From Dicyema japonicum (taxonomy: Eukaryota > Animalia > Dicyemida), in the NCBI GenBank assembly GCA_011109175.1, contig RDEW01000004.1, positions 706,030 through 770,029 on the forward strand: a DNA stretch of 64,000 nucleotides, read 5' to 3'. Both the position numbers and the translations under genes were made by a program. The notes under the pieces are model-generated. The model saw only the letters and a program-made list of their open reading frames with translations, did no database searches and was not told the DNA's origin. Below are positions 24,259-36,020 of the stretch, piece by piece; position 1 is the stretch's first letter, and every line of letters starts with the position of its first letter.

Positions 24259-25399
24259 GTATAGGATATCGTTTTACTTCCTATTATGCAAAAATGTAGA
24301 AAATTTATGCCAAAGGTCACTTGACCGAAGCTATTTTTGAGTTTTTTAAATGTATTTATTATAGAGTTGGAAAAGTTGGTTTGATCTAAGAAATCGATAT
24401 AAATATATGTAAATACACTAATAAATTTCTTGCATAAAACAGAAAATTTTATTAAAATTGGTTGTCTACCCAAAATAATTCCGGTCACAAGAGGAAATTG
24501 TCTTGAATTTGTTGAATAATATTTTTTATTTAAAAAGAGTAATGGTCATGTAGCGCCTGTCCTGACTGCGTGGCTATTCCCTCTCATGATGGCGAGCGAG
24601 ATATGCTCAAATAACCAGCAGTGCAATATTGTAAAAATTTTACTGAGGTAAAAAAATAAAGTGGAAGTAATCTATTAAAATGATCTTCGGAGTAATTTAT
24701 CAGCCATATTATGTCACTATTGGTTTATAAATTGATAAAGATGACAGGGAAAACTTACTTCACCGTAGGAGACTCAGCTAGCATATTGAAATATTGTATT
24801 TCAGTAACAATTTATGGAGAATTAAGAAGTATCTGGAATCTAGATTTTCTGTTAATAAGTTTTTTCTATTAAAATGGAAAAACAACATATTTCTCCATGC
24901 ATGCACGACTATTTGAAAAATATCCTTCCACGTCATTATTTATTCAGAACAGATTTTTATTATTGATAAAATTATTATCTAAAGAGAAAAAGTTTAAACC
25001 TGAAAAAGTTTTTAATTACATTATTCTATATTTTAATAAAGTTTAGATTAGTTTTTTTCATATTAAAATTTTTTTAGATAAATTTTTCAAAAAGTCAAAA
25101 AAGGTCAAAATTTTGAATTATTAAAGTCAAAAAAATCGCCCTACTTATCATAATTCCCTGAAGGTGGAGGCGCTAAATCGAGCATATCCAATCAACCGCA
25201 ATCAAGAAAACCTTGGAGAGTATGCGTATAAAATATGGAATGACTTTCTTGGACCATTCCCAGAAAACTTACAGCCTGAGGAACGAATGAAGCTGTATCA
25301 CCGTGCCAAGACCTAGCACAATTCGCGAATTCTAATGAATGCTTTGAGCCCCAGCTGATGATGGAAAATGACGATGCATCCGGTTCAAAGAGGAAGAGA

Positions 25400-25556
25400 A
25401 TATTTATTCAGATCGCTCATCGCGATAAGAAAAACGATAGGAGAGAAAGGAGCTGCTCATTGAACGCATTTCCTTGCAAATCGTAAAGGAAAATGCGTTT
25501 TCAATTATGAGAGCAGCCAGCAGTTGCTAACTGTTAGTTTTTGTGCTATAATAAAT
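25400..25556 (+). mobile_element. CRE-like retrotransposon 3' end
   Basis: ERSCSLNAF/ERISLQIVKGNAFSIMRAASSC* ending; same 3' sequence at 32220-32311 and 61305-61410. Confidence 0.75.
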
Positions 25557-25564
25557 TGTTTTTA

Positions 25565-26320
25565 TTTATTTAACAACCGAAAACTACGGTGTAACCAAAC
25601 TAATTGTCACGTGATCCGATACATTCTAACAGCGATCTCATCTTTGCCCGGTGTTTTTCCTTCGTCCCGCACATGAACGTAGAGGACGGCTGACTGATTT
25701 TCAGGCCACATTTCCGTGATCTGGAGTCTAGTGTCATAAGGGCCTCCAGTGGTGTCGGTCCGGTTCGCTGATCTCCACAACGCGTTACTCTGAAACCCCT
25801 CTTTTGCATCCCAGACATACACATCCCCTTCGACCACTTAGGAAGTTAATAATCCAAAGCTTGAGTAAAAATTCTTTTATTCTCCAGAGAACAAGCCTCT
25901 CCAGGATTGTTGACATGGAACATAGTAGTGACACTGGTCTAAAAAACGCTGTGTTATCTCTTGTCTTCCAGGCTTCAGTATTGGCCGTATTAGCTCCTGT
26001 TTCCATAATAACAGTATCACATTCTGGTTAGTCGAATAGTTGAAAATCGACGTTAGGAAGATAACTCCCCCTTTTACAAGATTTTTCAGTAGAATAACCG
26101 AATGTTGTCTGGTCCATGAGAGAATGCTGTTTTTGCTGTAGTGTTTCCCTCACATCTCTCTCAGAGAAAAAGAGCATTTTTCTTGCTGATAATATTGTAA
26201 ACGACTTCCTTTCCATATTTCTCCGGTAGTACGATTTACTGTTGTAAGCACACGATTCCACTTCAACTTCTGGGCCCTGAGCTCTCTGGCCTTTATTTCA
26301 TTAGTTAGTTAAGTTAGCCT
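25565..26320 (-). mobile_element. APE-type LINE remnant with multiple internal deletions
   Basis: HGPDNI, RPVSLLCSMSTILERLVL, LWIINFLSGRRG, then a jump to the 3' end also seen at 59190-59410. Confidence 0.8.
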
Positions 26321-26454
26321 TTATTTCATTATTCATGTTGAAGGGGAAAATCATTAATCATTTATTTCTGATATTTCTATTTTTTATTTCTATTTAAATA
26401 AAAAATGTAACATTTTCTTAAACAGCTCGAATTTATAATTAAAAACAGCTAATA

Positions 26455-29445
26455 TTAGTTTTGTGAGTAATGCTGTATCAAATTGTATGACACTTCATTA
26501 ATATTGAATGGTTTGTAACTGTATGGCCCAATATCACTCAGAAACACTGAATTAGACAATCCCACATTATTATATATATTTACGAAATTATTTATTATGC
26601 TCTCCCTTTTCTAGGAATTACATTTCAACATAAACTTTCAGATTTTTAATATCCCCGAAAACATACCCGGGCATTCCGTCCACGCAAACGAGGGGATATA
26701 GAAATCTCATCACTACAAGCTTAAACTCTGAGACAATGTCAGGTCTTTGTATCGCCTTTATATGCTCGTCAAACACAGTCTGCGGGTACAACATGGAAGA
26801 TACTTGGAACGCGTCCCACAAATCATGCTGGTCGAACAAACACGGTATGACTGTCAGAGGTACTGATAAAAAGCCATCTGAGATAATTTACAGAAAAACC
26901 GTTTTGTTTCCCAATAAAGTCTCTTTTGATGACTAGTTCCTCCAACTGAATCCTTCTGTACTTCTCCAACGTGTCAATCCAGAGAGAGGAGCCTATCAGA
27001 TTTGATGGAAGAGTTCTTTACGGTAAGTTTATCAACGACTTTAATTTGTAAGCATGCTTGAACGTTGGAGATGATATTCTTAGCACAATTTGTGGTACCC
27101 CCTCAGCAATCAGGCCTAAAAACGTGCTTCGGCGTCCTTAAGTAATATTGGAAGACAACTTGACTTATTAGCCGGAATCGTAATCCCCCGTTCCATCAGA
27201 AATCCCCCTCGTAACTGCAAAACATGATGTCTAAATGTAACTTTTACCCAACCCATTAGCAACAGGGAGGCCTTTACTGTCGTAAAGGGGAAACTTTGCC
27301 CACCCACAGCACACCTGAAGTTCTTCTTCCTTGCAAATATTAACATCACAATACTCTGACTGATAAGGTGAGACTGACCTCGAATATCAAATCTGCATGA
27401 AAGTAGGCAACCAACATTTATTCTGGCAGGACGAGTTTATGAAAAACGTTGAGTGAGTTCTGGAACTTCTTTGCCGTCTCCGACTAAAATACCACGTGCA
27501 GTTATCCCCCGATTGCGCCGAGCTCTCGCAGGCTAAAATATTTCGGAATTTCTAATAAAATGCCAGAATCTACATTTTGCGAAAAAAGCGAAAATTTAAC
27601 GTTTCTCGAGATAACATTGACGTCTGAATGGTAAACTTAGATAATACCGGGTCCCAGTTTAAAGTTCATGTTCCGGACTTTCCGGATCGTCAGTATTTTC
27701 TGCAGAATAACTTTGCCCTTGTTGCTGGAAATCTCAAGTAGGAATGAAGGCTACCTTTTCTTTGGCGGCGTTGTAGGCCAGATCATGAAAGTCAGTGGAA
27801 GATTTGGTAAGCTGAGGGTACAGTTCTAAACTCGTAGTGTTCCCCCCACCTTTAATATAGATAACTGCCACCAATTTCCAGGGATTCGTAATGACTGATA
27901 CTAAAGTGGTTTGGGATTGTTTCCTTCACTTGCAGCGAGTGCAGGAGATTTATCTGATTTAACATCACTTAAACCTTGTCCACCATAAACTCATCACGCA
28001 TTCCTCTATCCACAAATTCGGCCTCATCCACCTGAAGGGGTGATTCCGCTCTGTGTAAGTAAACTGCTTCTTCAGGTTCATCCATATTTATGGGGGTATC
28101 ATCCAGTACCTTCAGTAGATTACTGGGCACAATCCCCTCCTCCCCATTTTGATTTCTCACATACCACCACGGATCGTCCCTTTGGTGGAATTCATGATAC
28201 TTACTGTTTGTCTAGGACTGTGAGAATGTCCCCCATTCTAATATCGAGGTCGTCACTGTCATCTCTCTCCCAGTCCTGTATAACAGTATATTTCATTATT
28301 CTATCTGGGGGTAGGATGTTTTCATTTAAATTTTTCCCAGAGATTTTCAGATAATCATCAGCCACCTTCAAACTCTTCATTTTGTTTGAAGTGTTTGCGT
28401 TCGCTTTATCGTTTGAATTGTCCTCTGCTGTTTCTTTTACCCCCAAATCTGTTTCGCTAGCATGAGTATCCTCCAAGGTCTCATCTTCGTCAGATTTGTC
28501 CAGTACTATTGAGATACCCACCTCATCTTTTTTAGTGTTTATTTCTTCCTTTTCCCTCTGCGGATCCCCCATTTGAAGTGAACCTGATTGCTTCGTCTCC
28601 TCTTCAGTTACTAACTCTTTCGTGGGTAATTTTTGAATTGTTTCGGTATTTTTGGATGTCCTGTTTTTTAAGACAACTTCGTTTTTTATTATTTGACTTC
28701 CCTTTGAAGGTTCCTTAATTTCTTCTAAATCATCGTCTCCCTCTGAATCATCAACAGTTTCGGCTGCTTGCTCATTCTGGATGGCCTGATTTGGGGGATT
28801 TACGGATTCTTCAACGGATTCGACCTTTTGACTCTCTTGAATATCCCGATTTAGCGGATTTACAGACTCTTTAATGGATTCGCTCTCCTGATTGTCTTGA
28901 CTTGGCAGATTTACAGACTCTTTAATAGATTCGCTCTCTTGAGTGTCTTGAATATCTTCATTTGGTGAATTTACAGACTCTTGAATGGATCCATCCTTCT
29001 GACTCTCTTGAATGTCTTGACTTGGTGGATTTGCCTCTCTTTCCCTTTCTACGAGCAAATCACTGACGTATTTTATGTTCATTCCCAGTTCTAACTGCAT
29101 AGCATTTATTTTATTCTTCTCATCTTGAACCTTTTTCTCAAAATTTCTGACAGATTTGTCCTGATCCATAAATCAATCTTATACCTCCGGGAGAGACCCA
29201 ACCTTCTCCTTCAAGTCCTCCAATTCCTGGTAAAGAATTTTCGCGCTAAAACATAGGCTATTGTCAACTACCTTTCTACATCGGCAGAGTAATCTATTTG
29301 TTTATTTTTCTGGTGATTCTGTATGATTTTAATCAATTTCTTGTTTTCGGCAGTATTCTACTGGTTATTGATGATATACCTTCTTCTTTAGTTCCTGACA
29401 TTTTTTTTGAATTAACGCAATCTCCCCTTTATTGAAAAATCCCAT
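26455..29445 (-). CDS. NPHP1: Nephrocystin-1 (coiled-coil, acidic region, SH3, NPHP1 homology domain); about 15 micro-introns
   Basis: SH3 (DWERDDSDDLDIRMGDILTVLDK..DPWWYVRNQNGEEGIVPSNLL), LYPQLTKSSTDFHDLAYNA, VCCGWAKFPLYDSKGLPVAN..LRGG, FDQHDLWDAF, YKPFNINEVSYNL. All splice sites resolved as GT-AG. Confidence 0.85.
28790..29035 (-). repeat. Coding minisatellite (~17-20 aa units) in the NPHP1 acidic region
   Basis: NPPSQDIQESQKDGSIQESV / NSPNEDIQDTQESESIKESV / NLPSQDNQESESIKESV / NPLNRDIQESQKVESVEESV. Confidence 0.85.
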
Positions 29446-29446
29446 C

Positions 29447-29460
29447 GTTTCTATGACAAC
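29447..29460 (-). promoter_or_regulatory. RFX X-box immediately upstream of the NPHP1 ATG
   Basis: GTTGTCATAGAAAC fits the X-box consensus GTHNYY-AT-RRNAAC and lies 1 nt before the ATG of a ciliary gene. Confidence 0.75.
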
Positions 29461-30462
29461 TATATATTAATCAGTAAGCAACAATAAATAAAATTAATTA
29501 AAGATTTTTTTGTTTCATAAACACGTGGTTAATACCTCTCGGGAAGAAGTACTTCGACCAATAATCTCTTCTACAAGATCAGAAAACTCTCAGATAATCC
29601 TCGAAGACCGGTGGTAACTCTTTGGAAATGTTCTACGCTTAGACACTTCAACCCCCGCCAATTACGCGATGTAGAATGACTCCACACCACCATTACTAAA
29701 AAATATCGGGGAGGTACAACCCTACCATGGAAATATTGGAGACTTTATATGAAGGAATATAGCAGAAGGGCATGGGGAAAGTTGGTTAGTCAGATCAATG
29801 ACCTCGATGAACTACGGAAACACGCAAGGAGGAAAATTGGATGGAAAAACTAGTACGACCCAAAATATTCATTTGCTTACGGGAAATGGTAGAGTGCTAC
29901 TAAACGATCTCGTTGAAATATTAAGCCGAAACCTTGGGGATTCTGAAACGAAATAGCTTTCCTTTTACGTGTCATCGGATTGTTGATAGAAAAAAGGGAA
30001 TAGCAGAACAGAGTGGTGACTGATCCAGCCCATCCCCATACAAATCCTAGGAAAGAATGGGCCCTCGATCAGCAGAGCTACTTCTAGGCGCTGTATTACC
30101 AGATTCTGCTAATCAAAACGTTTATAACTGAAGTTGTATTGAAATGTTACCTTTCGCTTACATGTAGGAAGCTGGGGACTATTAGGAAACGCGCCACCAA
30201 GAAAGTCCACTCCCTGAGATCCTCCACTTTCACATATTGTCCTAGTGATCCAGGGCGAAGAAAGAGATCTCCAACTTCTTTTCCACCCATGGTTAGACTG
30301 CAACCACATCATAGAATCCACATCAATTACAGAACCGTTCAAGGAAGCTCAAGATCAGCTGATCTCGGGAGGTACCCCACTATTTTGTTGTCTTGTACGC
30401 TCGTTGACTGATGCAATGCAAATATCGTTAAAATAAAGTAAAAAAGTAACCACTGGAATTAC

Positions 30463-31187
30463 TCAAAGTTCGACAATTTGATCAGCTCCGGTATATTCAG
30501 GTAATCCTAGGTTATATTCTTCTGCGAGTTTTTGAGGGACAAACCTCCCTGAGAGAATATGGAACCTTCCACGGAAACTCTTGGCACATAACTTGGGTGC
30601 AGTCAGTGAAATGAGCATGTCCGGCTGGAAAGGCTGATTTGTGTTGTCCCCATCCACCTCCCACCCAAGCGGGATATCAATGCTTACAATCGGGAGTGTC
30701 ATTTTTGATAAAATTGAGTGAAGACGATCAAATGGGGGCGACAGAGCTCCATGGAATCCGAATCCAAAGACACTGTCAACAACAAGATCGATTTCACTAT
30801 CCCCCAATTCCTGAATTTCATTCACTTCGATGACCCCAGTCCACTGAAGTTGGCTCAATAAAATTTGTCTGCCTTTCTGATCTTTTCGGGAAGTAGATGT
30901 GGGATTTATAGCCCTATTTTAGAAACCAATGGCTCACAAATAAAGTCAAATGTCTGGCACATACAAGTCCATCACCTCCGTTGTTGCCGGACCGACGCAT
31001 ATTAGAACGTTTTTGAATTGGTTAGGGGGATATTTCCTGTTGACAGCCATTGCACAGCCCAGTCCGGCCAACTCCATCAGTTGATCCACCGAAAAGTACT
31101 CAAATAATTTTTTATCAATTTTTTTAGCATCATTTTGGCTATTTGTATTATTTTTAACTATAACCAGAGATAGCGCAAAACTGACAT
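30463..31187 (-). CDS. NAXE: NAD(P)HX epimerase (YjeF-N / APOA1BP); apparent +1 homopolymer frameshift at 30860-30863
   Basis: FSVDQLMELAGLGCA, GPGNNGGDGLVCARHL, LVVDSVFGFGF, VSIDIPLGWEV, PDMLISLTAPK, GRFVP. Introns of 26 and 24 nt. Confidence 0.92.
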
Positions 31188-31419
31188 TGTAAATATTTAT
31201 TTTAAATTATTTTAAAATAATTTTCTTGTTTTTTTTAATTTTTTAATCAAACAATTTATACATTTTTGATTAGTCTATGAGCTGTTAAACTTTTGCAACT
31301 CTTAAATCAAGTTAGTGGTCTGCTTCTTATTCAAAATCTTGATGGGTTTTTTGGTGGATGCTTTTCTAGATTTCAAGATTTGTTTCCTGTTCGGATAATA
31401 CGTATTTTCCAGTTGTAGT

Positions 31420-31720
31420 CTTCGTCAGGTAAGAATCGTTGCCCAGTCCATGTCGTTTTATGACGCGAGGGATGTTGAAAACCAGTATTACATAGGAACA
31501 GATCAAATGCCTGGCGAAACTCTGCCAAGATGGTTCTCGGGAAGTTTGTGATTCCTTTTCCGTGCTGGCCAATGAAACTTTCATTTCCTCTGCGAGTTCC
31601 TACTTTCGCATTCCAGTCCCCGGCAATAAACAGTGAGTATTATGGATACAAAGGATGAACAGATTCTCTTCAAACACTGAGAAAATTGTCTCAGACATCC
31701 GGGGCCGGGCCTTCCGTAAC
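31420..31720 (-). mobile_element. RTE-clade LINE AP-endonuclease fragment
   Basis: LFIAGDWNAKVG...FIGQHGKG.TN..G..LAEFCQAFDLFLCNTGFQHPSRHKTTW. Confidence 0.8.
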
Positions 31721-31859
31721 TAGGGTGTTTATAGGTGTTCCTTCTTGGGAGCTCAACATACGGAAAGGCTTTTATAGAAGCCGATCAGGCTCCTGAAGCA
31801 CTTTGATGTAAATTGAAAGGGGCAAATGTTGTCGGGGTAGGTTACCAGACAAAAGGTTT

Positions 31860-32311
31860 CCTGGCTTTAAAGTGGAAGAGGTCATCCCATTGGATCGTTT
31901 ACCATCAGTCGACAAGGGCCGACTAGTTCGACCATGAAGGCATTAACCAAAGCTCGTCTAACGACTTCATTCCAGGCCATGTGTCTGAATGATCTGCCTA
32001 CACTCTTCCAGTGGAGATAGGGTGCAGGCCAAAACAAGCAACCTGCAACTAACCTAGGCTCTGCTTCGGAAAAGGCTGAGACACTAAAGAAAAAGAAATA
32101 TGAAGTCTAGGTGGACAGTTCATTTTGAATCAGTCGCCATGGAAACATCAGGACACATATGAAGCAGATCACTAATTCTGTTGAACCGTATCGGATCAAA
32201 TATCGCAAGGAAAAAAAATAAAAGAGAACGGAGCTGGTTCATTGAGCGCATTCTTTGCAGATCGTCAGGGAGATGCGTTCTCGATTAGCTGTTAAGCCAG
32301 TAGCTGCTAAT
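31860..32311. mobile_element. Two CRE-like RLE fragments (minus 31860-32030; plus 32040-32311, continuing at 34249)
   Basis: GRSFRHMAWNEVVRRAL on the minus strand; AETLKKKKY..VAMETSG..ERSWFIERI on the plus strand. Confidence 0.7.
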
Positions 32312-32627
32312 GGTTCCCATTCAAAACGGCCTCCATTCAAAATGGCCTCCAAAAAAAATTTCTCAGGTTTTGGATACGTTCATCAATAGACATCACGAAA
32401 TATTTTACCAAGGTCCTCGACATCTTTAGGTAAAAGAGTCATCTTTTATATCTTATAAAAATTGATTTTAACAGGTCCTCGACATCTTTAGGTAAAAAAG
32501 TCATCTTTTTAAATCTTATAAAAATTGATTTTAACAGGTCCTATGGGTAAGTGGAACGATTTACCAAGGTCCTCGACATCTTTAGGTAAACATTTATTTT
32601 TTTTAAATATTTTTATTTAAATTTAAA

Positions 32628-33581
32628 ATGAAAGATTTATTTTCAAAAGGAAAAATAGAAAATAATTATAAATGTAATACATCACTCACGGCCTGCGAAC
32701 CTTTGGTCAGGAGGATTCTACACTCCCCACCCGAATTCTCAACTGACCAAGAGATAATCCACGCACGAGAAGCCTGGAATGCCACCAACCTCCCCCTGCC
32801 TCCTTCCCAAGATCGCCAGCGAAACCTGGACAACTTATTATGCTGGAAATCGTTTAGACTCCTACTAGAATCTGCCAATCAGCACCGACGCGCTTGTTTG
32901 CTTTCGGGGGCTTCCCTTGAAAGCGGAGTTTGGCTAAACGCCATCCCCAATGGAGCTTTGGGCACTTTTCTGGATGATGAATGCGTTAGAACTGGTATCT
33001 CTCTGCGGCTGGGACTAAAAGTATGTGTACCTCACCCGTGCCGATGTGGCATCCTGATAGACTGCTATGGCCTGCACCCTCTTGCCTGCAAGAGGAGCGC
33101 TGGCAGATCTCCAAGGCACAAGGCTCTGAATGAGATTGTCAGGCGAGATATGGATGCTGCTGGATACTCGGCCATTCTTGAACCGGTCGGGTTATGCAGA
33201 AGTGACGGGAAACGACTGGACGGGATGACCATATTTCCATTTGAGGCCGGGAAACCACTGGTTTGGGATGTGACATGTACAGACACGTTCGCCCAGAAAA
33301 ATCTTCACGAAAGTGCTACAAGGGCCTGTTCAGCATCCGTAAAGGCGGAGAAGGCCAAACTCGTTAAATACGTCGATCTTCCCGATAATGTCAAATTTGT
33401 TCCCCTTGCTATGGAGACTTCCGGATCCTATTCCCCCTCTACACTCGAGTTTTTCGGACGTCTTGGAAACCGGATCACCTCATGCACTGGAGATCTCCGC
33501 GAACGCCGCTGGCAATTTGAGCGAATTTCGCTCGCAATTTTGAGAGGGAACAGCCACGCGGTGAGGGCGGCAACTACCTGA
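32628..33581 (+). CDS. Intact 317-aa CRE-derived protein: post-RT linker + CCHC knuckle + PD-(D/E)xK restriction-like endonuclease, no RT
   Basis: SGVWLNAIP..GTFLDD, CRCG..D..GLHPLAC, RHKALNE, EPVGL..DGKRLDG, LVWDVTCTD, AEKAKLVKY, FVPLAMETSG, RISLAILRGN. The ATG and first ~18 codons come from AT-rich flanking DNA. Confidence 0.8.
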   Translation: MKDLFSKGKIENNYKCNTSLTACEPLVRRILHSPPEFSTDQEIIHAREAWNATNLPLPPSQDRQRNLDNLLCWKSFRLLLESANQHRRACLLSGASLESGVWLNAIPNGALGTFLDDECVRTGISLRLGLKVCVPHPCRCGILIDCYGLHPLACKRSAGRSPRHKALNEIVRRDMDAAGYSAILEPVGLCRSDGKRLDGMTIFPFEAGKPLVWDVTCTDTFAQKNLHESATRACSASVKAEKAKLVKYVDLPDNVKFVPLAMETSGSYSPSTLEFFGRLGNRITSCTGDLRERRWQFERISLAILRGNSHAVRAATT

Positions 33582-33586
33582 CTTCT

Positions 33587-34166
33587 AAATCAATTTTATA
33601 AGATTTAAAAAATGACTTTTTTACCTAAAGATGTCGAGGACCTTAGCAAAATGTTCCACTTACCCATAGGACCCGTTAAAATCAATTTTTATAAGATTTA
33701 AAAAAATGACTTTTTTACCTAAAGATGTCGAGGACCTTAGCAAAATGTTCCACTTACCCATAGGACCCGTTAAAATCAATTTTTATAAGATTTAAAAAAT
33801 GACTTTTTTACCTAAAGATGTCGAGGACCTTAGCAAAATGTTCCACTTACCCATAGGACCCGTTTAAAATCAATTTTTATAAGATTTAAAAAATGACTTT
33901 TTTACCTAAAGATGTCGAGGACCTTAGCAAATGTTCCACTTAACCCATAGGACCGTTAAAATCAATTTTTATAAGATTTAAAAAAATGACTTTTTTACCT
34001 AAAGATGTCGAGGACCTTAGCAAAATGTTCCACTTACCCATAGGACCCGTTAAAATCAATTTTTATAAGATTTAAAAAAATGACTTTTTTACCTGAAGAT
34101 GTCGAGGACCTTGGCAAAATCAATTTTTATAAGATTTAAAAAGATGATTTTTACCTAAAGATGTCG
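33587..34166. repeat. Tandem array of ~93-94-bp units (6 copies plus one shortened) in the right arm of the element
   Basis: GATGTCG recurs at 33630, 33724, 33817, 33911, 34004, 34098 and 34160. Units differ almost only in homopolymer length; inverted copies lie at 32400-32590. Confidence 0.95.
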
Positions 34167-34736
34167 TTTCGCTAAAATCTCGTGATGTTTATTGATGAAC
34201 TTATCCAAAACCTGAAAAAATTAATTAGAGGCCATTTTGAATGGACACGCTGCTAATTGTTAGTTTTTAAATTTATTTGGTATAAAAACAAACAAAAATA
34301 GTTAATAGTTAGTTGACATCAAATTCCATTTTTCATTTCGACAAATACTCCGACATGCAAAAATGACTACCCAAAAAGCTTTCCATCGTTTTTTGATCGT
34401 TATCGTCTGCATGTAGGCTCCTACAAAGCATTCCAAATTTAAGTGGCTCAAGTGATGTTTAGAAAATTTGCTCACGACTCCATCTCAAGTGAGGACTACT
34501 GGGACCACGTATACATTTGCTTTGTGTATTATCCACAGCTCACTTGCGAGAAGATCGTACTTGCAGCCTTTCTCAACTTCTACATGTTTCAAAAAATCTT
34601 GGGAGGTTATTCCCACTTCTATAGCGTTATTATGTTCTTGAATTTGTCATACACGAAAATATCCGGCTTGTTTATTCTTATTCTCGTGTCCGTAGCTATT
34701 GGCGAAGGCCTCGATTAAGAATAGATCGAAAGCCAC

Positions 34737-36020
34737 ATCGTTAATACGTTGTGGTTTCTACATTGGAATGAATAAATATCCTGTGAATGGAAGAGGACCG
34801 CCGATCTGCTACAACTGTCAGCAGGTCGGTCACTTTTCATACCAGTGCACAGGAAAGGAAAGATGTTTACTTTGCGTGGGAGAGCATGAATCTCCAAATG
34901 TAATACGGACATGGACTCTGAACGGAAATGCATAAATTGCGGATCAACAAAACACGGTGCAAGGTATGAAGGATGCCCTGTGCTTCTGGAGGCCAGGCGA
35001 AAGCTTATTCCCCAAGTCAAAAATACAGATCTGAAATCTATGACATTGGACAAACTGGAGAACTTGCTTTTATGTGGAAACCTGAATGCGAAGCATCCCT
35101 TTGTTCCGCTACCAGGCCGCTGAAACAGAGGAAACCTGCTATTATCCAAATGCAAAACTTAGTAATCATCAACAATCCGAAAAAGAACACTAGCACAACA
35201 TACAACACGAAGGACATGGTGACATCTCCGGACTTATCCGTCTGCTCACCTCGTCTTTCCACGATCATTAATTGGACGGTCCGTTATGACCTCCGGAGCG
35301 ACCACCATTCAATGTTAATGAAGCTGAACTGCGAGCCACGCTTTGTACCGAAGCCTATTCATTTCTATGATTACAAAATGCAAAATTGGACTGGCTTTAC
35401 AAATTTCGTTGATTCAAAACTGGAACATTTCCAATCTGAAAATTTCTCCTCCATAGACAAAGCTATATACTATTTCAACAAAATAATCATTGACGGAAGA
35501 AATATTTTTATCAGAAAAGCATATATAAAAAACGAAAAATTGAAATGCGACTCAAAAACAAGGAAAATAATTATGGAAAGAAACAACCTTAAGAAAATGA
35601 TACATCGTTCACGAAAGGTTATTAATCGAATCAGGTCACTAAACATTCTTATCACGAAAAGCACAAACAACAAATTCGTCCAATATTGAAACTGAGAAGG
35701 AAAAATCGGTCATATGTACAATCGTCATTCAAAAAGCATTCTACTCTGTCCCAACGAAGATCCTCATACAAAAATTACTTTTGACAAAAATTGCTGCACC
35801 AGTAAAGTTATGGATAGAAATTTCTTAAATGGACACCGAGGAAAAGTGAGCGTAGGAAAAAAGAGTTCAAGATCGAGATTGTTACCCAATGACGTACCCC
35901 AGAGATCTCCCTTTGTCACCAATCCTCTTTAATTTATTTCTGAATGATCTCCCCGTTCCTATGAATAATAATGGCATTCTACTTTCCTATGCCGATGACA
36001 TTGTTGTCGCAATAATAGGG
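34737..36020 (+). mobile_element. Collapsed LINE (ORF1 CCHC knuckles + APE + RT fragments)
   Basis: CYNCQQVGHFSYQC, CLLCVGEH, CINCGSTKH...C fused to LLLCGNLNAKH; SPDLSVCS, RSDHH; VPQRSP, LFNLFLNDLP, SYADDIVV, all within 1.3 kb. Confidence 0.85.

Larger units (their letters stand above)
21901..25143. mobile_element. hAT-type DNA transposon (degenerate), host of nested insertions
   Basis: TIRs TAGGGCGATTTTT / AAAAAATCGCCCTA; near-perfect 8-bp TSD tttatcat / cttatcat; AAGTCAAAA subterminal repeats at both ends. Confidence 0.8.
32312..34248. mobile_element. Merlin/MULE(Foldback)-like element with long repeat-containing TIRs, no transposase, and an RLE-endonuclease cargo ORF
   Basis: 9-bp TSD gctgctaat (32303-32311 and 34249-34257). 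Termini GGTTCCCATTCAAAA.GGCCTC / GAGGCCATTTTGAATGGACAC. Inverted arms share ~94-bp units. Confidence 0.85.

Noticed and set aside
26011-26060. Shared deletion junction with 49201-49250 implying an amplified deletion derivative
   Set aside because: The shared text is ordinary LTSIFNxS coding sequence read in another frame; the 26-kb copy retains the upstream GPD region.
33587-34166. CRISPR-like array
   Set aside because: Units are near-identical throughout with no unique spacers, they are mirrored in the left arm of a TIR element, and no cas genes are present in this eukaryotic context.
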